From: Malacoraja senta
Taxonomy: Eukaryota
DNA: 60,000 nt
NCBI GenBank assembly: GCA_038087875.1
Contig: CM075988.1
Span: 27,406,001 to 27,466,000, forward strand
Direction of reading: 5' to 3'
Shown piece after piece: positions 53,862 through 60,000 of this stretch. Under the pieces are notes generated by a model. The model was not told the DNA's origin, searched no databases, and saw only the letters and a list, made by a program, of their open reading frames with translations. The position numbers and the translations under genes were made by a program. Every line of letters begins with the position of its first letter. The first letter of the stretch is position 1.

Positions 53862-54300
53862 TGCAGGTACACAAAAATGCTGGAGAAACTCAGCGGGTGC
53901 AGCAGCATCTATGGAGCGAAGGAAACAGGCAACGTTTCGGGCCGAAACTCTTCTTCAGACTGATAGGGGGTGGGGAGAAGAAAGGAAAAAAGGCGGAGGA
54001 GGAGCCCGAGGGCTGGGGGAGGGGAGGAGACAACCAGAGGGCTGATGAAGGGGAAGGGACAGCAAGGGCTAGCAGAATTGGGAGAATTCAATGTTCAAGC
54101 CCCCAGGATGTAGACTGCCCAACCGGAATATGAGGTGCATTTCCTCCAATTTCCGGTGTTGCTCGCTGTGGCCATGGAGGAGACCCAGGACAGCGAGGTC
54201 AGATACGGAATGGGAGGGGGAGTTGAAGTGCTGAGCCACCGGGAGGTCAGGTTGGTTATTACGGACCGACGGGAGGTGTTCGGCGAAACGATTTGCAGTT
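53862..54300 (-). mobile_element. Penelope-like element 3' fragment (GIY-YIG endonuclease C-terminus + terminal repeat with hammerhead motif)
   Basis: Peptide RFAEHLPSVRNNQPDLPVAQHFNSPSH..RKLEEMHLIFRLGSLHPGGLNIEFS, followed on the same strand by CTGAAGA-AGAGTTTCGGCCC-GAAACGTT (~53958-53931). Confidence 0.85.
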
Positions 54301-55429
54301 TGTTCCATATATGACTCAGCAAATAATACCAGGGCCTGGGTACATCATATAGACAAACAAGGCCTTCTGTTCGACCCCAGTCTGCTAATTTAACAAAGGT
54401 AAATCAGAAATAGGATGATGCACATCCCATCAGTGAATTTGTCAGTGAGAAGAAAGTGAGCCACAGCTATTTCTCATGAATTCCAAAGATTTAAATGCCA
54501 AGAATGATTTGCCTGCATCTTATCCCGAACTGGTTAAATACGCTGCAAGCTCAAAATTCATATGCTACGGAAGGCAACAAAAGTTTCTCAAACATTACCA
54601 AGTACTCCCAGTCGCCGCAAAAGACGAGATAAAATTGATAAGACAAGTAATCAAAAATAAATTTTAAAAAGACATATAGCCATTTTTCCTGGACCAGCCT
54701 CATCATCTAGAATCACCACAATAAGGCCCAGGGCTTCCACAAGTATTTGGGCTGATACTTGAAGCTGCCTTCGCTTTAACTCACTCCAGTTGAGGGCAAG
54801 GTTTACCTGGTAATGAGTTACTGGCAATGTAATTTAAAAAAAATCCTGCTCCAGGAACTCATTGGCCAACTGACAGTAGACAAATCTAGATTCTTGATTA
54901 GTAAGGGTGTGGGAGAGGCAGGGGAATGGGGTTGAGAGTGAAAGGTAGATCAGCCGTGATTTAATAATGGAGTAGACTCGATGGGCCAATTCAGCTCCTA
55001 TGACTTATGAAGCTAGAACTGGAGATTCTGTCGAATCGGTTGTGAGTAATGAGTTTTCAAATATCTTGCTTTAAACATACGAAATGAATATAACTTAAAT
55101 GTTAATAATGAAACGGTAAACATGAAGGTAAAGCAAAATATTTTTTAAAACCTACCTTGTGGTTGGTCACCAATCTTGGATCCCCAGTAAATCAATGAGA
55201 TCTTGGTTCTCCTCGAGTCTATAACAACCGATTACACCAGCAAAGATAAAAGGTGAACTACTGGATGAGGCAGCGTCTCTGGAGGGAAATGTTCAGCCGA
55301 CGGTTCGGGTCCAGACCTTGCAGGTGGATTCCAGGCAGTTTCCCTCCACTGATGCTGCCTGGCCTGCAAGTTGCTCCAGCAAATCTCCTGCTTTTTGCTC
55401 CGGGTCCCAGCATCCGCAGTCTCTTGCCC

Positions 55430-56110
55430 AAGCGTCCAGTCTGACGCCGCTGCATCCCAAGCGGTGGATCCAACTGATAGAAGGTGGTCGGTAAGTCCCG
55501 GACTTGGTGCACTTCGAGAGGATGGGCGGTGGCAGCTTTGTCGGTGTCAATGAACTGCGATTTATTCTGCACCAAGGCTCGACCACGGCGACAACATCCA
55601 TCCATCTCTCTATATATCTATCTATCTCACCGTACAACAGATGAGGGAGAACCGACAGGACAACTGCAGCGTAAATGGGCATCTACAGTCAATATTAAAC
55701 AAGGCGCATCCTCACTAAATGAAGTGGGAGGATAAACAAGCCGTGGCTCAGCGCCAGGCGGAGCTCGGGTCGGCGCCCGCCTTTACGACATGTTTTTGCG
55801 ACAATGCGGGAGTGGGCGAGGTCTGTTGCTAGGCAATGCCGGAGGGCCGATTGGCCGCCATGTTGATGCTGCGTGGTCACAGGGCCGCTCTTAAAGCTAA
55901 GAGCCTACCCCTTGTCACCGCCACTCAGCTTTCCCGCCATTTCACCAACCGCTCACTCGGTGGATTCGCGCCCGCTGTCGGCCGTCCTCACTCGCCTTCT
56001 CCTCATCTACCCTTCGTCTATGGACCGGCAGCTCGGCTGATGCCCCGACGTTTGACTACCATGGCAGCACAGGACATGGCAAAGAGGATGGTCTGGGTGG
56101 ACCTGGAGGT
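55430..56110. promoter_or_regulatory. REXO2 CpG island / probable bidirectional promoter
   Basis: High CpG density, GC boxes, inverted CCAAT (ATTGG 55850-55854) and a YY1-type GCCGCCATGTTG at 55854-55865. Confidence 0.65.
55836..56108 (+). CDS. REXO2: REXO2 (oligoribonuclease) coding exon 1, with putative mitochondrial presequence
   Basis: Ends MAAQDMAKRMVWVDLE (ExoI motif; human MAAGESMAQRMVWVDLE), donor GAG|gtaact. The start is uncertain: in-frame ATGs include 55836, 55860 (gccgccATG) and 56061 (accATGg). Confidence 0.9.
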
Positions 56111-57161
56111 AACTTGCTTTGCTGCACGAAAACTCTTTCAATGCGAAATCATTCGATCTGCTTGGAGTCTGGAAAGCGAAAAGCAAAGTTTCATCATCCA
56201 CTTAAGTGCATAATTTGTAAAAATAATATTTATTGTACCCCGAGCTAGTAATGTCATTGTTTCATTAATGTGGCTTTTCTTGAATCGTCCCGTGTTTTAA
56301 TTAACCCACATTTAGGCACTCGTATTTGCCTTTGCTGTTTTTATTGACGATTTTTTGCATTTAATCTAATGGGGGAAATAAATTTATCTTTTTGCAGAGG
56401 AGGGCTAAAGCTAAAACAGTACTGTATATAGTGTGACATTTGTTTAATTCCCCATTTTCGCAGTAGTAAAATCATAATGTATTTACTATAAGTTGTCTTA
56501 AATATGTTGAACTTCAATTCAACAGGGATTTAAATGAGGGAAGATTATTACGCTTGGAGCTGTTGTCCTGCATATATAATGTGCCAGTGATATAAATTCT
56601 CCAAGTTACTTTTATTGCTGGTGAACTGTTTCGTTGATTATGGAGGTGTTCGATGTAAAATGGCCACAGGGACATTATTAAAAAGAACTGGGATATGAAA
56701 GTGAATTAAGAGGGAGTTAAACCTAAAGGTCCAAGGTATCTGCCCCAGTTGGAAAAGTTTAGTGATGTACACAGCTGGGTAATTAATGAAGGAGATACAC
56801 ATGAGAAGTATCTATCCAGTTAAAATTGGTTTATGTACTGAGAATGTAAAATTGAGTAAGCATATTTTGCTCTACACTGCAAATGTAACATTGTCATGTT
56901 GTACTTAATGCTGCAAATCATGCTAATAATTAAAGGATTAATATGATTTTTTTTTGCTGTGGAGCTTGTGAAAAAGGATTACATCCTTGGAAGCATTTTT
57001 CTCTCATGCATGTAAAAACAAAGCAAGATCATTCTAGGTTATCAAAGGAGTATTACACTTTCTAAAGATACTCATTGCCAATGTGGTAGTACCAGGCTTT
57101 TACTATCCATCAAATCTTAATTTGTACTGTGGTCTGATAATTTCCTTTTTTACCCAAATAG

Positions 57162-57245
57162 CTGACCGGATTGGATATAGAAAAAGACAAAATCATAGAA
57201 ATGGCTTGCATTATAACCGATTCAGATTTGAATATATTGGCTGAG
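57162..57245 (+). CDS. REXO2: REXO2 coding exon 2
   Basis: tttccttttttacccaaatag| acceptor, 84 nt. Encodes [28 protein letters not shown]. Donor |gtaagg. Confidence 0.95.
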
Positions 57246-57353
57246 GTAAGGTGCCTAAAAAATTGACGTGATTCACCTGATAATTGTGAAAGTTGTCAAA
57301 ATTTGTATTTTTTTTAATTTAATACTGAATCTCTAGTATTTCTTTATTGTCAG

Positions 57354-57431
57354 GGTCCACACTTGATTGTTAACCAACCAAATGAGCTCCTGGATGGCAT
57401 GTCAGAATGGTGTGTGGAACACCATGGAAAG
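57354..57431 (+). CDS. REXO2: REXO2 coding exon 3 (gene continues beyond window)
   Basis: tttctttattgtcag| acceptor, 78 nt. Encodes GPHLIVNQPNELLDGMSEWCVEHHGK. Donor |gtatag. Confidence 0.95.
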
Positions 57432-58169
57432 GTATAGTGTTTCCTACTAATGTTTACATTGGCAGTTCTGCACAGCAAATGTTAAAGTCTCTGCTCTTTT
57501 GATCCTGCCAAAAAAATCTGCTTGCCTTTCAATGGAAGACATATCAAATTTTGTTTGCTATACTCTTACTTTGGTTTATATGTTGCTTTTAATGATTGGT
57601 CATTGAAGTTCAAAAAATAGAATGAAATATTTTCTCTAAAAATTGAAATATTGTACTTCAACATTATCTTTGTACATTATTTAAACTGTTTTGATATCTT
57701 TGAAGGATTTTCTGTGATATCCTCTGTGGTATTGTGGACTAAATATCTTTTTACTTTTCAAAACTATTTTGATGATCTTTATGAAATGTTGTTATTTGGC
57801 TAACTGACATCTTGATTTCAACTTTGTTCCACAAGGTAAATTGAAACTAAATGTAAGTAAATGTTTTTTGTGAAGTACAGTCGTGATAATTGCCATTCTT
57901 TGTTTTTGTGGAGATAGAAATAGACGCATTTAATCTTGCAACAAAAGTGCAAATATTTGAATTTAATATCATTTTCCCAAGACAAGAAAATAAGAGCCTG
58001 AGGAGGCTACCATGCCATCAAGCCTAATTTTCCATTCAGTATGATCATTGCTTATCTTTGCTAGCCTCAACTATTCTGTGTCATTCCCCATACTCTTTGG
58101 TTCAGTCTTTCAAATATTGTCTCTCTTAACGTGTAATGATATACATACTTTGCATCTATTTTCACCAAG

Positions 58170-59880
58170 GAGAAAGACATTGAAACAGTGAGATCAATGT
58201 GGAGAATACTAATATGCAAGGGCAGTTTGAGATTAAGAAGGAGGTACACTTCAAAAGTGGATAAATCCCCAGGACCTAATGGAATCTTTCCTAGATTATT
58301 AAGAGAGGAAGTTGCATTTAGTCGTATGGATTCAGAACTGACTTACTGATAGAAGACAAAGGGTTATGGTAGAAGGACAATATTCAGGCTGCAGGTCTGT
58401 GACTAGTGGAGATCCATACGGTTCTATGCTCGGGCCTCTGTTTGTGATATATATATAAATGTAGGCGGAAAGGTTACTAAATTTGCAGATGACACCAAGT
58501 ATTGTGATAGACTATAAGGAAGTCTATCAAAGTATACAGCAGGATATGGAACAGTTACAGAAATGGCAGATGAAGTTTAATCTGAGCAATTGTAAGATTT
58601 TGTACTTTGGGAGGCCAAATGTAAGAGGGATATAGGCACAAAATGCCCGAGTAACTCAGCGGGACATGCAGCATCTAGAGGGAAGGAATGGGTGACGTTT
58701 CAGGTTGAGACCCTTCTTCAGTAAGAGAGATATGGGTGTTTCCGTAAATACAGCACTCAGTAGTGAAACTGAAGGTCTCCATACTTCCAGGTTATTTTCC
58801 TGTTTTTATGTAATATTCCCATTGTTTCAAATCCTGTATTTTAAGTAGTATAGATCATGGTGTATAGTCAAAATAATGAGATGAAGCAAAAATAAATAAA
58901 TCTGTTTTTACAAATAAAAATATCAGATATGTCCCTGTGTTTTCTTGCCTATTTTGTGACATTTTTCAAGCGGGATTTCATCAAATCCTTGGGGTAATTT
59001 ATACCAGAACGATTACACAAATTTTAAGTATTAAATTTTGATCACAAATTAGAGCAAAAGGACCATGGGTGGGCCCGTTTTTAATGCTGTGGTATTTTGT
59101 TATAATTTAATAACTTTCAAATTTGGCCACCCATGTCGCAGGTTAATACCTTTATTTATGGAAACGCCCATATACAATTAATGACATGACCCTTAACGGC
59201 ATTGATGTACAGAGGAATCTTGATATCCAAATTCCTAACTGCAGAAAATGACAACACAAGTAGAGTGGTAAAAGAAGGCATATGGTATGCTTGCCTTTGT
59301 TCATCAGACCATTGAGTATTAGAGTCAGGGATCCAACTCTATAAGACTTTGATTAGGCTGCATTTTGATTATTACGTACAGTTCTAGTTGTCACATAACA
59401 GGAAGGATGTGGAGACTTTAGAGAGGATGCAGAGGAAGCTTACCAGAATGATACCTGGATTAAGCTACATGGAGAAGTTTGACAGACTCTGATTGTTTTC
59501 TCTGGAATTTTGAAAGTATTACATTTTGATCAATAGACCTAATAGAAGAATATAAAATTATGAGGTATCGATAGTCAGAACCTACTTACCAGGAAGGAAA
59601 TATCAAATACTAGAGGATATAGCTTTAAGGTCAGATGGTCAAAGTTTAAAGGAGATGTGCAGGGCAATTTTTTATTTTATTTTTTGCAGTGTGGAGAATG
59701 CCTGGAATGTGATTCCAGGGGTGGTGGCAGATCGTGGTGCTTTTAAAAACCTTTGCATATGCATATAGATATATGGGGCTGGAGGGATGCTGATTATGTG
59801 CAGAAAGATAAGGGTTGGTCTTTTTCACAAACATTGTGGGCCGAAGGGCCTATTCCTGTGCTATTCTGTTCTATGTTATA
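58170..59880 (+). mobile_element. Degraded CR1 LINE in REXO2 intron 3 (with internal insertions)
   Basis: DKSPGPNG, KFADDTK and WQMKFN remnants. GGGCCGAAGGGCC..TTCTATG tail. Confidence 0.7.
58637..58720 (-). mobile_element. 84-bp Penelope-derived hammerhead insertion in REXO2 intron 3 (antisense)
   Basis: Imperfect 16-bp TSD GTAAGAGGGATATAGG / GTAAGAGAGATATGGG. Core (C)TGAAGA-A-GGGTCTCAACCT-GAAACGTC. Confidence 0.7.
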
Positions 59881-60000
59881 ATAACTGGAAGCGCATATCT
59901 TTATTACAGGAAAATCCTGGCCTTTGGCATGGGTTTGGTGTAAAAAAATGAATAGAAATGGAAATTGAATGTTAATTTTAGTATCAACTGTACAAGATTT

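Noticed and set aside
54300..54720. Possible intronic C/D-box snoRNAs in the candidate divergent transcript
   Set aside because: C-box-like ATGATGA/ATGATGT motifs lack a D box at a suitable distance with a terminal stem.

Overview
Eukaryotic, repeat-rich vertebrate DNA. The HE1-type V-SINEs, CR1 LINEs and Penelope fragments point to a cartilaginous fish, probably a skate or ray. Two protein-coding genes are supported. RBM7 (RRM subunit of the NEXT complex) is complete on the minus strand: 5 coding exons, 47250->38526, about 276 aa. REXO2 (oligoribonuclease) has its first three exons on the plus strand from 55836/55860 and runs off the window. The two genes are arranged head-to-head. The first ~36 kb has no recognisable coding exons and consists of SINEs, LINE fragments, MITEs and unique AT-rich DNA. 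Highlights: (i) many short Penelope-derived insertions, several with target-site duplications (TSDs), carry a minimal hammerhead ribozyme core, one in sense just inside RBM7 intron 1; (ii) two inverted non-autonomous Helitrons each carry a duplicated, correctly spaced TATA-Inr promoter module followed by minisatellites; (iii) a 37-bp hAT-type mini-element with an 8-bp TSD is nested in another MITE; (iv) a candidate spliced transcript runs divergently from the REXO2 promoter. All family assignments come from recalled consensus motifs, not database searches. Repeat boundaries without TSDs are approximate.
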